A stretch of 64,000 nucleotides of DNA from an uncultured Pseudomonadota bacterium (GTDB taxonomy: Bacteria; Pseudomonadota; Alphaproteobacteria; Rs-D84): positions 12,794 to 76,793 of the forward strand of contig CASETE010000004.1 of assembly GCA_949290785.1 (NCBI GenBank), read 5' to 3'. The notes beneath the pieces are model-generated. The model saw nothing but the letters and a program-made list of their open reading frames with translations, made no database searches and was not told the DNA's origin. Each line of letters starts with the position of its first letter. Position 1 is the stretch's first letter. Below are positions 8,830 to 18,004 of this stretch, piece by piece. A program made the position numbers and the translations under genes.

Positions 8830-11800
8830 TTAGAATTTATATCTGAATTTCAACATACCTGTTTGCGAGGTATAATCTTCGTGCAAATCCAAGTCATAGT
8901 TTACAGATATTTCTAAACCTTTGTATTCTGCGGTTAATCCGATTCCAAATTCACCGCCCAAGCGTGATAGACGATTACCGTTGACCATATAAGAAATATC
9001 ACCCGGCATCATAACTGTCGCAATCGCTTCGTCAGACAAGAAATCGTACGTTGCAGCTGCGCGCAATTCCGGGCGGAATTTCAATGTGGATTCCGTATCA
9101 ATTCCGAAACCGTACTTTATGCCGGCAACGCCTGTTACATAGTCGGTATCACCAACCTTTATATCTGCCAAGCCGTTATTATAATCATCTTGGGAGATAT
9201 GCAAGTATCTGACACCTGCCTCTGGCGTAAATCCGATTGGAAAATCATATCCGCCCATAAACTGACCGCCAAAAGAGGTTACGTCATATTCTGAATCAAT
9301 ACCGATACCAAAAGCGCTTGTTCTTTCAGTATAATCCGCCATTGTGTAATTCAACGCAGCGTTTACATACCACGCAGCAGGTTTGTACTGCGCATAAGCA
9401 AATATACTGTTGCTTTCAATATCTGTATCGCGTGCATTATCTGCATGAACATCTGTTGTGTTATAAGCATATCCAACACCGATTGTATAAGCACGATTAA
9501 TCAATGTATCTGCCCCGACAGCAACACCGCGTGTATAACCATGGAACTGCCCATTTAGTTTAGACTTATTGAATAACCCTTGGGCCCATACACCATAATC
9601 TGCTGTTACTGCATCACCACCGCTGCGCCCCGTCGCGCCACCAGACATACGTCCAGACGCCAAAGATAATACTTGGTTCTGAACCGACGTTGCGACAGAA
9701 TGAGCGACAGGTTTATCATCCGCTTTTAACTTTGCAGATTCGGCTTCAACGTATTCGGTATTACCTTCTGCCAAAGCCTGTTGCGCGTTCAGTGCGGCGA
9801 TACCCATATCATAACTGTCACTGTTTGCCAATCCGGCCAATACACTTGCGGAACCCACAGACAGATTTGTTGCTGCGACAATTTCTTCAACGGCTTTTGT
9901 ATTAACCACGATTTCATTATTTTGGTTGACAGATACATCATATAAAGCATCGTTTGCGTTTATGTTCAAACCGTCAACATCCGCCAAGGCACCATTTGCA
10001 AAGATATCGTATACACCCACGGCACCTATGTTTAACGTCAATGACTTGTCCCCATTTATTTCAACGTTTTCACCTACAATCTTTCCATAAGATTGCGAGT
10101 TTATGATAGACACAGCCAAATTACCGTTTAAATTAATATTACTTTGTTCAACTGTTGCCGTACCTATATCCAAGGTTGCACCGCTATCAAGATTTAAAGT
10201 CCCGGTTCCTGTTATGCCACCGCCAATAGAAGTGGAACCGTCAGAAATTGTCAATGTACCAAGATTATAAATATCGTTACTTACATCACCCGTCATATTA
10301 CCCGAGAACAGGTTTGTACCCTTGAAATTTATGACACCAGATTCATCGTTATAAATTGCACCACCTTTAATACTTACGTCATTTTTTCTGACTGTTGCGG
10401 AATTTCCGATAAATTGCGTATTAGAAATTTCCGAAATGGTGCCCTCGTTCCACAAAGCCCCACCGTTTGTACCCATATTGTTTTGAAACGTAGAGCCTGT
10501 TATTGACGCTATTGTGCCCTGATTTTTTATTGCACCACCTTGTGACGCGATATTCCCGTTAAATACAGAATCAGATATATTGTTTATCTGTCCTGATGCA
10601 TCTGTATTATTAATCGCACCGCCCTGTTGCGAGATATTGTTAAAGAAGTTCATCCCTTGTAAAGAATCTATTGTACCATTGTTATAAATGGCACCCCCAG
10701 CATACCCCGCCCTATTTCCATAGAACGTTAAACCGTCTGCAAGATTCAAGTTTCCAGAATTAAATATCGCGCCCCCGGCGGAACCAGACTCATGTGTATC
10801 ACTTTCCGCAGCGACACTGTTATTAGTAAAGTGCCCGTTTATTGTTGCCGTGCCAGAATTATATAACGCGCCACCATTCGCTGTTCCACCAACAGAAGAA
10901 GCAAAATTATTAATAAAGTTCCCTTCGGCAGAAAAAGTACCCTCGTTATAAACAGCACCGCCAAACGCATCTGTTGCATTTGTCGTTACACCATTACCCC
11001 CAAACATGCCCTTTACATTAACTTCGGCGTTCGTCACACTAGGTGTAGCATTTTTAATGGAAATGGCACCGCCTGTTGAATTTTTTTCGTACGCGACATC
11101 TGCAAACATACTGCTAGAAGCCTTTGCAACCACCCTGTTATTTATAAAGTTACCGTTTATTTGGTCAATGGTTGCATCATATCCTGTCTGTCCTTTTCTG
11201 TCGGCACCACCTTTAAGATATATCGCGCCACCATTTGCATAGGCGTCACCGGTCGCACTGTTACCTATAAAATTACCATTTATTGTTCCAATATTTGCAG
11301 GTCCGCCATTTCCATTATTATATTGACCTTCTATATGAATGGCGCCACCACCAGCAGATACTTGATTTTTATCATCTATATATTTTGAAGTAGAACTATC
11401 TGTACCTACATAAGTAGAAGAAATACTATTATTCGTAAAATCACCATTTATTTCATTTATGTTGGAACCCGCATACAACGCAAACACAGCACCATTTGCA
11501 GTAGCCTTGGACGCTGTTTCAGATGTATTTACTACAGAATTATTACTGAATGTACCGTTTATAGTACCTAAACTGCCTTTACTATAAAGAACAGACCCCT
11601 GTCCAACAACTTCACTGCCTGTTCCATTTTTAGATACGATAATTTTATTACCGTCAACATTACCCGCATCAATTACAACATCTTTATAATCAGAGCCAGA
11701 AATATTTAAAATCCCGCCATAAACAGACTGATTCGCTTCAGGGGTTTCTTTGATGCCACTCCAACTTTGAACGTCTGCAGGATTGGTAGCCGCGGCAAAA

Positions 11801-11874
11801 GAGCCCGTTGAAATCATGCCACACACCGCAAACACAGGCAGTACAGAACATGCTTTAAGTAGTTTATTAGACAT
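8830..11874 (-). CDS. Autotransporter adhesin-like protein with polymorphic-membrane-protein (Pmp) type GGA[ILV]/FxxN repeats
   Basis: Signal peptide. At least 10 GGAI/GGAL/GGAV repeats interleaved with F(S/T/I)(N/G)N (GGAIHIEG, GGAIYLKGG, GGAVYNEGT, GGALYNSGT and others). The C-terminal roughly 280 aa is a beta-barrel-like domain ending MLKFRYKF. Confidence 0.85.
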   Translation of the reverse strand: MSNKLLKACSVLPVFAVCGMISTGSFAAATNPADVQSWSGIKETPEANQSVYGGILNISGSDYKDVVIDAGNVDGNKIIVSKNGTGSEVVGQGSVLYSKGSLGTINGTFSNNSVVNTSETASKATANGAVFALYAGSNINEINGDFTNNSISSTYVGTDSSTSKYIDDKNQVSAGGGAIHIEGQYNNGNGGPANIGTINGNFIGNSATGDAYANGGAIYLKGGADRKGQTGYDATIDQINGNFINNRVVAKASSSMFADVAYEKNSTGGAISIKNATPSVTNAEVNVKGMFGGNGVTTNATDAFGGAVYNEGTFSAEGNFINNFASSVGGTANGGALYNSGTATINGHFTNNSVAAESDTHESGSAGGAIFNSGNLNLADGLTFYGNRAGYAGGAIYNNGTIDSLQGMNFFNNISQQGGAINNTDASGQINNISDSVFNGNIASQGGAIKNQGTIASITGSTFQNNMGTNGGALWNEGTISEISNTQFIGNSATVRKNDVSIKGGAIYNDESGVINFKGTNLFSGNMTGDVSNDIYNLGTLTISDGSTSIGGGITGTGTLNLDSGATLDIGTATVEQSNINLNGNLAVSIINSQSYGKIVGENVEINGDKSLTLNIGAVGVYDIFANGALADVDGLNINANDALYDVSVNQNNEIVVNTKAVEEIVAATNLSVGSASVLAGLANSDSYDMGIAALNAQQALAEGNTEYVEAESAKLKADDKPVAHSVATSVQNQVLSLASGRMSGGATGRSGGDAVTADYGVWAQGLFNKSKLNGQFHGYTRGVAVGADTLINRAYTIGVGYAYNTTDVHADNARDTDIESNSIFAYAQYKPAAWYVNAALNYTMADYTERTSAFGIGIDSEYDVTSFGGQFMGGYDFPIGFTPEAGVRYLHISQDDYNNGLADIKVGDTDYVTGVAGIKYGFGIDTESTLKFRPELRAAATYDFLSDEAIATVMMPGDISYMVNGNRLSRLGGEFGIGLTAEYKGLEISVNYDLDLHEDYTSQTGMLKFRYKF

Positions 11875-11946
11875 ACATTCTCCTTTTATAAATGATACTT
11901 CTTAGTTTTAGCGTATCATAGCAATTAAAAGTTGCAACACAAAAAA

Positions 11947-11975
11947 TAAAAATCCCCCGATTGGGGGATTTTTAT
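11947..11975 (-). terminator. Intrinsic terminator after 11987..15283
   Basis: The atccccc-gatt-gggggat hairpin is followed by a T-run on the minus strand. Its sequence is related to the terminator at 8786. Confidence 0.7.
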
Positions 11976-11986
11976 TTTAGTTATTT

Positions 11987-14900
11987 TTAGAAGTTATATC
12001 TAAACTTCAACATACCTGTATGAGAAGTGTAATCTTCATGCAAGTCTAAGTCATAGTTCAAGGATACTTCTACACCCTTATAAATACCTACCAAACCGAT
12101 ACCGAATTCACCGCCCAAGCGAGACAAGCGATCTGCATCGATTACATAAGATAGATTACCTGGTGCAGTAATTGTTGCGACTGCAGAATCAGACAAGAAG
12201 TCATATGTAGCTGCTGCACGCAATTCTGGGCGTAAACTTAATTCAGAATCTGTTTCGATTTCGAACGCATACTTAACGCCTGCTACACCTGTCAGATAGT
12301 CTGTATCCAACGCGTCAACTTCGCCCAACCAGCTCTGATATGCATCCTGGCTGATGTGCAGGTAACGCATACCAACTTCTGGTGTGAAACCGGATGCAAA
12401 GTCATAACCCGTCATGATTTGACCACCGAACGAATCGACATCATATTCTGTCTTGCGTTTGAATCCATATGGATCCGCAGATTCGTCATAGTTAGCCATT
12501 GTATAATTCAATGCTGCATTGACATACCATTCGTTTGGCTTGTACTGGCCATACAGGAACAAGCTGTTCGATTCGATACCTGTATCACGCGAATTCGAAT
12601 CGACATCAGTGTCATTGTATGCATAACCGATACCCAGAGTATATTTACCGTCAATCAGTGTATCTGCACCGACAGAAATACCCCATGTATCGCCGCTGAA
12701 CTTGCCATTATATTTCGAATGGTTGTACAGACCCTGGACCCACAGGCCATAATCCGCAGATGTTAAATCACCACCACTGCGGCCGACCGATGCACCGGAC
12801 ATACGACCCGCAGCCAGCGACATCACCTGGTTCTGGACAGACGATGCGACCGATTGTGCGACCGGCTTGTCATCTGGGTTCAGTTTTGCCAGTTCTTTTT
12901 CAGCATTGCCAGTCTTGCCCGCGACCAGGTCTTGTTGCGCCATCAGCGAAATCGTATTCAACACATCGTCATTTGTGTTGGCCATGATGCTGACCGCGTT
13001 TGCCGCACCCATCGACAGGTTTGTACCCTGGGCAATTTCTTCCACTGATTTGGTTGCAACAGTGATTTCACCTGTTTCACCGAATGTGGCGTCATAGATT
13101 GCATTGTTATACACAATCTTATCTTCTGGTACTGTCACACCAAAGTTATATGTACCCACAGATCCAAACATCAGGTTCAACAGTCCGTTATCGCCAACGG
13201 TGATATTGCCTGTTTCGACACGACCATACGAACCCTGGTTCAAGATTTGTGCAGTCAGTGTACCTTCCAGTGTAACCTCAGACTGTTTTACGGTTGTTGT
13301 ACCGATATTCAGTGTTGCACCTTCTGCAATATTCAAAGAACCAGTACCTGAGATACCACTGCCGATAATAGTTGTACCAGAAGCGACATCAATTATACCG
13401 TCGTTATGTATATCGTTTGCAACGCCTGCAGCAGTATTACCAGCGAAAACGTTGTTTCCAGCGAATTCCATTTTTGCAACGGATTCATTATAGATAGCAC
13501 CGCCTGAAACACCTGCTGTATTTCCTATAAATACTGCATCTGCAATACTTGTTTTCTCAAAAGTATTATAAATAGCACCACCATAAGTACCCGCTGCATT
13601 GCCAGCGAATTCTACCCTCTTCAGATTCAGTTCCGCTTTTGTATTTGGTTTCAAATAATCTGTAGAAGTATCATATCCTTCTGGGGCACTTCCTTTATCA
13701 TTAATTGTTTTATCTGTTGATGCACTATACCAATCCGCGCGAGTTGAAATGGCTCCACCAGTTACAGTAGAACTATTATTTTTAAACAACGCATTCTCAA
13801 CATCTGTTTTAGAAGCGCTACCAACAAACAAAGCACCACCACCATCTATACTAGTCCGCAAATTATGGTTATCATAACCGTCATCTACAAGTGCACCTGT
13901 AACTTTATTACCGTCAAATATGCTTTGTGAAATATTTATTTCCATATTAGCATAGTTTGCGATGGCACCAGCCCCATAAACCGCCTCATTTCCAGAGAAT
14001 AACGTTCCAGAAATAACCGCAGCACCCTTACCAGTACCATTATCATTATAACCAGAATATAGTGCACCGCCCACAAACTCCGTACTATTATTAACAAAAG
14101 AGGAATCAGTGATACTCATTTGTCCCTTAGAACCGATAGCACCGCCATATCCATAACCTGTACTTTTATTTTCTACAAATGACGCATTTTTAACTGTTAA
14201 ATTCGCATCAACATCGTTGACAATAGCACCGCCATCTAAAACGGCCGTATTATCACTAAATAATCCGCTAACTGTCAGGTCACCTGTATTATAAATAGCA
14301 CCACCATATGCTTTACCAGATTCTGATATCGCTTTATTGGCAATGAAATCACCATTTACTGTCAACGTACCTGCATTATAAATGGCACCACCCAACGCAT
14401 TGGTTGAATTTGTAGAAACATAATTATTTGTAAAATTACCATTAATATTGGCAACTACACTATATTCACCATCTTCTTTAATGGAAATCGCGCCACCAGT
14501 GGAATCTTTTTTATTATCATTTGTACCTGTTGTCGCAACAGCAAAGTTTCCATCAAAATTACCGACAATTTCATCAATTTGTACACCGTACTTATCTACA
14601 CCTTCACGGTCATTTGCACCAGCTTTGATATACAATGCACCACCGTTTGCATAACCGTCACCATGTGCGCTATTACCTGTGAAATTACCTTCAATACGTC
14701 CGATTGTAACAGGTCCTTCACCAAAAGCACCTTGGATATGCATTGCACCACCACCAGCAGAAATTTGATCATCACTTGTGTATGATGTTTCACCTTCACC
14801 AGCATACTTTGCTATTGCCGAGTTTCCTGTGAAATCGCCTGTGATAGAACCGATGTTGGTACCACCATATAAAGCAAAAGCACCACCATTAACGGTTGCT

Positions 14901-15283
14901 TTACCTTTATTTACTGTATCTGATGTATTTACAACAGAGTTATTTTCAAAGGTTCCTGTAATTGCACCAATACTACCATTATTATATAAAACAGAGCCTT
15001 GACCATAAATTTCGCCGCTACTGGATTCAGTTTTAATCAAATTAACTGTATTACCAGAAACTGTACCTGCATTAATTGCATCAATTTCTTTTCCCGATTC
15101 AACTTTTAATACGCCACCATTACGAGATGTATCGTCATCAACATCATATGTATTTTCGATCCAACTTTCTACATCTGTTGGATTACTATACTGAGCATTT
15201 TCAGCCATAGCAGGCATAATTGCCAGTGCTGGCAACACAGAGCAGATTTTTAATAAATCAGCCAAATGTTTGTATGTCGACAT
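11987..15283 (-). CDS. Autotransporter adhesin-like protein with Pmp-type repeats (tandem paralog)
   Basis: 1098 aa with the same GGAI/FxxN repeat architecture. The C-terminal beta domain is collinear with 8830..11874 and ends MLKFRYNF. Confidence 0.85.
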   Translation of the reverse strand: MSTYKHLADLLKICSVLPALAIMPAMAENAQYSNPTDVESWIENTYDVDDDTSRNGGVLKVESGKEIDAINAGTVSGNTVNLIKTESSSGEIYGQGSVLYNNGSIGAITGTFENNSVVNTSDTVNKGKATVNGGAFALYGGTNIGSITGDFTGNSAIAKYAGEGETSYTSDDQISAGGGAMHIQGAFGEGPVTIGRIEGNFTGNSAHGDGYANGGALYIKAGANDREGVDKYGVQIDEIVGNFDGNFAVATTGTNDNKKDSTGGAISIKEDGEYSVVANINGNFTNNYVSTNSTNALGGAIYNAGTLTVNGDFIANKAISESGKAYGGAIYNTGDLTVSGLFSDNTAVLDGGAIVNDVDANLTVKNASFVENKSTGYGYGGAIGSKGQMSITDSSFVNNSTEFVGGALYSGYNDNGTGKGAAVISGTLFSGNEAVYGAGAIANYANMEINISQSIFDGNKVTGALVDDGYDNHNLRTSIDGGGALFVGSASKTDVENALFKNNSSTVTGGAISTRADWYSASTDKTINDKGSAPEGYDTSTDYLKPNTKAELNLKRVEFAGNAAGTYGGAIYNTFEKTSIADAVFIGNTAGVSGGAIYNESVAKMEFAGNNVFAGNTAAGVANDIHNDGIIDVASGTTIIGSGISGTGSLNIAEGATLNIGTTTVKQSEVTLEGTLTAQILNQGSYGRVETGNITVGDNGLLNLMFGSVGTYNFGVTVPEDKIVYNNAIYDATFGETGEITVATKSVEEIAQGTNLSMGAANAVSIMANTNDDVLNTISLMAQQDLVAGKTGNAEKELAKLNPDDKPVAQSVASSVQNQVMSLAAGRMSGASVGRSGGDLTSADYGLWVQGLYNHSKYNGKFSGDTWGISVGADTLIDGKYTLGIGYAYNDTDVDSNSRDTGIESNSLFLYGQYKPNEWYVNAALNYTMANYDESADPYGFKRKTEYDVDSFGGQIMTGYDFASGFTPEVGMRYLHISQDAYQSWLGEVDALDTDYLTGVAGVKYAFEIETDSELSLRPELRAAATYDFLSDSAVATITAPGNLSYVIDADRLSRLGGEFGIGLVGIYKGVEVSLNYDLDLHEDYTSHTGMLKFRYNF

Positions 15284-15383
15284 ACTTTCTCCTTTATTAA
15301 ATTTTATTTTGGACCTTCTGTATAAAAAAGCCTATCATAACTAGGACTATCGTCAACAAAAATATTTTTGATAATAATCCTAT

Positions 15384-15620
15384 AAAAAACCGCCAAGGAA
15401 ATGGCGGTCGGGGAGTTAAGAAAATCACCCAAAAGTATGACCCCGCCAGTTTTCGGGATACCCTATTTTATAACTGACGGCTCCCCGACCTGATACGGGG
15501 TTCAGAGACAATAAATGGCGCAAATCCGCGCCGTGTATCATCCCTACATTTCAGCATAAAAAACTTATGCTGCTTTTGGGTTGGCTTTCTTACGGCCCGA
15601 AGCCACATCCCTGTGGATTC
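15384..15620 (-). ncRNA. Candidate structured RNA / attenuator leader, copy A (unknown class)
   Basis: It is bounded by a near-consensus promoter (15627-15654) and a terminator (ACCGCCA-loop-TGGCGGT plus T6 at 15384-15408). It contains a 10-bp long-range helix (15406-15415 with 15481-15490). That helix is mutually exclusive with hairpin 15483-15500 and overlaps the terminator stem by 3 nt. A paralog lies at 61028-61237. Confidence 0.5.
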
Positions 15621-15626
15621 AAAAAA

Positions 15627-15654
15627 ATTATACGAAAAGCGCATAAAAAGACAA
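15627..15654 (-). promoter_or_regulatory. Sigma70-type promoter TTGTCT-16-TATAAT driving element A
   Basis: The minus strand reads TTGTCTTTTTATGCGCTTTTCGTATAAT. Confidence 0.55.
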
Positions 15655-15667
15655 GAAAATATTTTGA

Positions 15668-15695
15668 TTGCAAATTAGCTAAAATAATATATAAT
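15668..15695 (+). promoter_or_regulatory. Sigma70-type promoter TTGCAA-16-TATAAT for tRNA-Gln
   Basis: The -10 element ends 11 nt before the mature tRNA 5' end. It is divergent from the element A promoter. Confidence 0.5.
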
Positions 15696-15706
15696 AATGC
15701 GCGCAT

Positions 15707-15780
15707 TGGGGCATAGTTTAATGGTAGAACAGCAGACTCTGACTCTGTATATCGCGGTTCGAGTCCGTGTGCCCCAACCA
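15707..15780 (+). tRNA. tRNA-Gln (anticodon CTG)
   Basis: Cloverleaf folded by hand. Acceptor stem TGGGGCA/TGCCCCA (U1-A72, as in bacterial tRNA-Gln), anticodon stem GCAGA/TCTGT with loop CTCTGAC, T-arm GCGGTTCGAGTCCGT, and an encoded CCA. Confidence 0.9.
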
Positions 15781-15787
15781 AGCATTT

Positions 15788-15810
15788 GACCGCCTTTTTG
15801 GCGGTTTAAT
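15788..15810 (+). terminator. Hairpin terminator after tRNA-Gln
   Basis: accgcc-ttttt-ggcggt followed by TTTAATTATTT. Confidence 0.5.
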
Positions 15811-15911
15811 TATTTGTCTGTTGCGCTTACAAAAACGAACAAACTAAACACACAATAATGCTCTTGTTACATAAAATGACATAGCAATTTTGATAAAAAA
15901 CAAACATAAAT

Positions 15912-15940
15912 TTTACTTATCAAATACATTATGCTATAAT
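15912..15940 (+). promoter_or_regulatory. Candidate promoter TTTACT-17-TATAAT with extended -10 TG
   Basis: ttttacttatcaaatacattatgctataat. The -10 element ends 6 nt before ATG 15947. Confidence 0.4.
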
Positions 15941-15946
15941 CACGAT

Positions 15947-16699
15947 ATGAAAAAAACTAAACAAGAGAGAGAACAAATGACACTAAACAAAACACACTAT
16001 ATCATACTTATAGCACTTGGCATAACATTGGCAGGTTTTTTCCCGGGATATTTTTATTATTCATCACATATAAATAACAGAACAGTTACAGTAAAAGGCT
16101 TGGCTGAAAAAGATGTAAAAGCAGACTTGGCGTTTTGGAAAATAAAGTTTAAAACCACAGGCAATGATTTAAATACGGCACAAAAGAAACTTGAATCAGA
16201 CCTAAACCTGATTAAAAGTTTTTTAAGCGAACAGGGTTTTGCAGACACAGAAATTTCTGTTGAAAGAATAAACACAAACGATTTGATGACAGACCCATAT
16301 CGTTCATCGCAACCGATTGATTCCAGATACATTCTTGACCAAACAATTACGGTACGTACGGACAAAGTTGATTTAGTAGAATCTACATTAAGCAAAATTA
16401 GTACACTGGTTTCCCAGGGGGTCATCTTTGATAACCAAAGTTATATGTCACCTGTATCGTACTTATTTACTGGTTTGAATGAAATAAAACCGGCAATGCT
16501 GGAAGAAGCCACACAAAACGCAAAAATCGCGGCTCAACAATTTGCGGAAAGTTCTAACAGCAAGGTTGGTAATATTAAAACAGCAAACCAAGGTGTATTC
16601 TCTGTATTACCGCGCGAACAAATTCCAGGTACAAACGAAAGCGAACAAATAAATAAAACTATTCGTGTGGTTTCTACAGTTGTATACTATCTGAATTAA
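15947..16699 (+). CDS. SIMPL/DUF541-like periplasmic protein (YggE-like)
   Basis: It has an N-terminal TM/signal segment, then TVTVKGLAEKDVKADLAFWKIKF...ITVRTDKVDLVE...AKIAAQQFAESSNSKVG. This resembles the YggE family by eye. The start could be ATG 15947 or ATG 15977. Confidence 0.55.
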   Translation: MKKTKQEREQMTLNKTHYIILIALGITLAGFFPGYFYYSSHINNRTVTVKGLAEKDVKADLAFWKIKFKTTGNDLNTAQKKLESDLNLIKSFLSEQGFADTEISVERINTNDLMTDPYRSSQPIDSRYILDQTITVRTDKVDLVESTLSKISTLVSQGVIFDNQSYMSPVSYLFTGLNEIKPAMLEEATQNAKIAAQQFAESSNSKVGNIKTANQGVFSVLPREQIPGTNESEQINKTIRVVSTVVYYLN

Positions 16700-16701
16700 A
16701 G

Positions 16702-16726
16702 AATCGCCATCTTGGCGATTTTTTAT
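16702..16726 (+). terminator. Intrinsic terminator
   Basis: aatcgcca-tct-tggcgatt plus a T-run. Confidence 0.7.
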
Positions 16727-16790
16727 TTATTCTTTCCTATGGTTTTATTTTCCTTTTCTATCATAATATATTTATAAACAGGAGAGAAGT

Positions 16791-17900
16791 ATGAATATAA
16801 AACCCTACTTTACATCGTTCTTGATAATATCGCTCGCAATTTTGCAATCTGCTGACGCCTGTACGGGAATCACACTGAAAGCAAAAGACGATTCTTTGGT
16901 GGTTGCCAGAACCATTGAATGGGGCGGTTCAGAAATAGACAACCAATATGTAATCGTCCCAAGAAACCATCTGCAAAAATCCTTATTACCTGACGGTACA
17001 AACGAAGGGCTAGAATTTACATCTGTATACGGTTTTGCCGGCTTATCTGTTGTTCAACCTGAATTTGTAGTAGACGGTACAAACGAAGCGGGATTGTCAG
17101 CCGGTTTATTTTACTTCCCAAACTATGGTGAATATCAAAAATTTAATCCGGAAAATAAATCTAACACAATCGCAGATTTACAGGTCGTTTCATGGATGCT
17201 TTCTAACTTTTCCACGATTGACCAAGTAAAAGCCGCGATAAATGACATACAAATTGTACAACTGGATCCCCGCGCGTCTACTGTGCATTGGCGAATAACA
17301 GACAGCACCGGTAAACAGGTTATTTTGGAAATAATTAATGGCAAGCCGACATTTTACGACAGCGAACTGGGGGTTTTAACAAATTCTCCGGGGTATGATT
17401 GGCAGATAAAAAATCTAAATAATTATGTAAACCTTATTCCCGGAACAGCGGGCCCGATAAAGTTTGGCAACATAACATTATCGGCGTTTGGCGCTGGCAG
17501 CGGTTTCTTGGGGTTACCAGGTGATTTTACGCCTCCTTCCCGATTCGTTAGGGCTGCATTCTTCCAAACATATTCTCTGCAACAAAAAACAGGATATGAC
17601 GCGGTAACGGACGCTTTTCATATATTGAATAATTTTGACGTGCCACTGGGTACAGAGTTCCCTGTTGGCAAAGCGCCTGTTAACATGCCTTCTGCTACCC
17701 AATGGACGATTGCTACCGATTTAAAAAGTAAGAAAATTTACTATCACACAATGTATAATCGTACAATTCGTTTAATAGATATGAACGCGATTGATTTTGC
17801 AACCGTAAAATATCAATATTACCCATTGGACAAAACAAAGGCAGAAACGATAATACCAGTTGAAATATCGCAAGAAAAAACGAACGTAACAGAAAGTTAA
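16791..17900 (+). CDS. Choloylglycine hydrolase / linear amide C-N hydrolase family (Ntn hydrolase), secreted
   Basis: The signal peptide ends ...QSADA, immediately followed by CTGITLKAKD. An N-terminal nucleophile Cys is typical of the penicillin V acylase / bile salt hydrolase family, and the length (369 aa) fits. Confidence 0.7.
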   Translation: MNIKPYFTSFLIISLAILQSADACTGITLKAKDDSLVVARTIEWGGSEIDNQYVIVPRNHLQKSLLPDGTNEGLEFTSVYGFAGLSVVQPEFVVDGTNEAGLSAGLFYFPNYGEYQKFNPENKSNTIADLQVVSWMLSNFSTIDQVKAAINDIQIVQLDPRASTVHWRITDSTGKQVILEIINGKPTFYDSELGVLTNSPGYDWQIKNLNNYVNLIPGTAGPIKFGNITLSAFGAGSGFLGLPGDFTPPSRFVRAAFFQTYSLQQKTGYDAVTDAFHILNNFDVPLGTEFPVGKAPVNMPSATQWTIATDLKSKKIYYHTMYNRTIRLIDMNAIDFATVKYQYYPLDKTKAETIIPVEISQEKTNVTES

Positions 17901-17904
17901 TACG

Positions 17905-17928
17905 GCCACCTGTAAAGGTGGCTTTTAT
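17905..17928 (+). terminator. Intrinsic terminator
   Basis: gccacc-tgtaaa-ggtggc-ttttat. Confidence 0.65.
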
Positions 17929-18004
17929 AATATTTTCCGACCTTATAATTTGCCTTTTGAAATCTTTCAGGTATAATTTCTTTTATACAAATAAGGAGCA
18001 AAAT

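Noticed and set aside
15384-15620. Element A as tmRNA (ssrA). The RNA ends in ...CUCCCCGACC-G-CCA, paired to an upstream GGUCGGGGAG like an acceptor stem. UUAACUCCCC (UUCAACUCCC in copy B) resembles the tmRNA T-loop region. An upstream frame reads GCC AAC CCA AAA GCA GCA TAA (ANPKAA-stop), like a tag.
   Set aside because: - The tag-like frame lies 5' of both acceptor strands, which fits neither one-piece nor permuted two-piece tmRNA order.
- There is no G3:U70 pair and no T-arm stem.
- The tag would be only 6 aa.
- The CCA is part of the terminator stem.
- A second diverged copy (61028-61237) exists without the tag-like frame.
15590-15781. 63-aa ORF in the track (minus strand).
   Set aside because: It is the antisense of tRNA-Gln and runs through the divergent promoter region into element A. 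It starts with TTG inside the tRNA CCA end, so it is an artefact.
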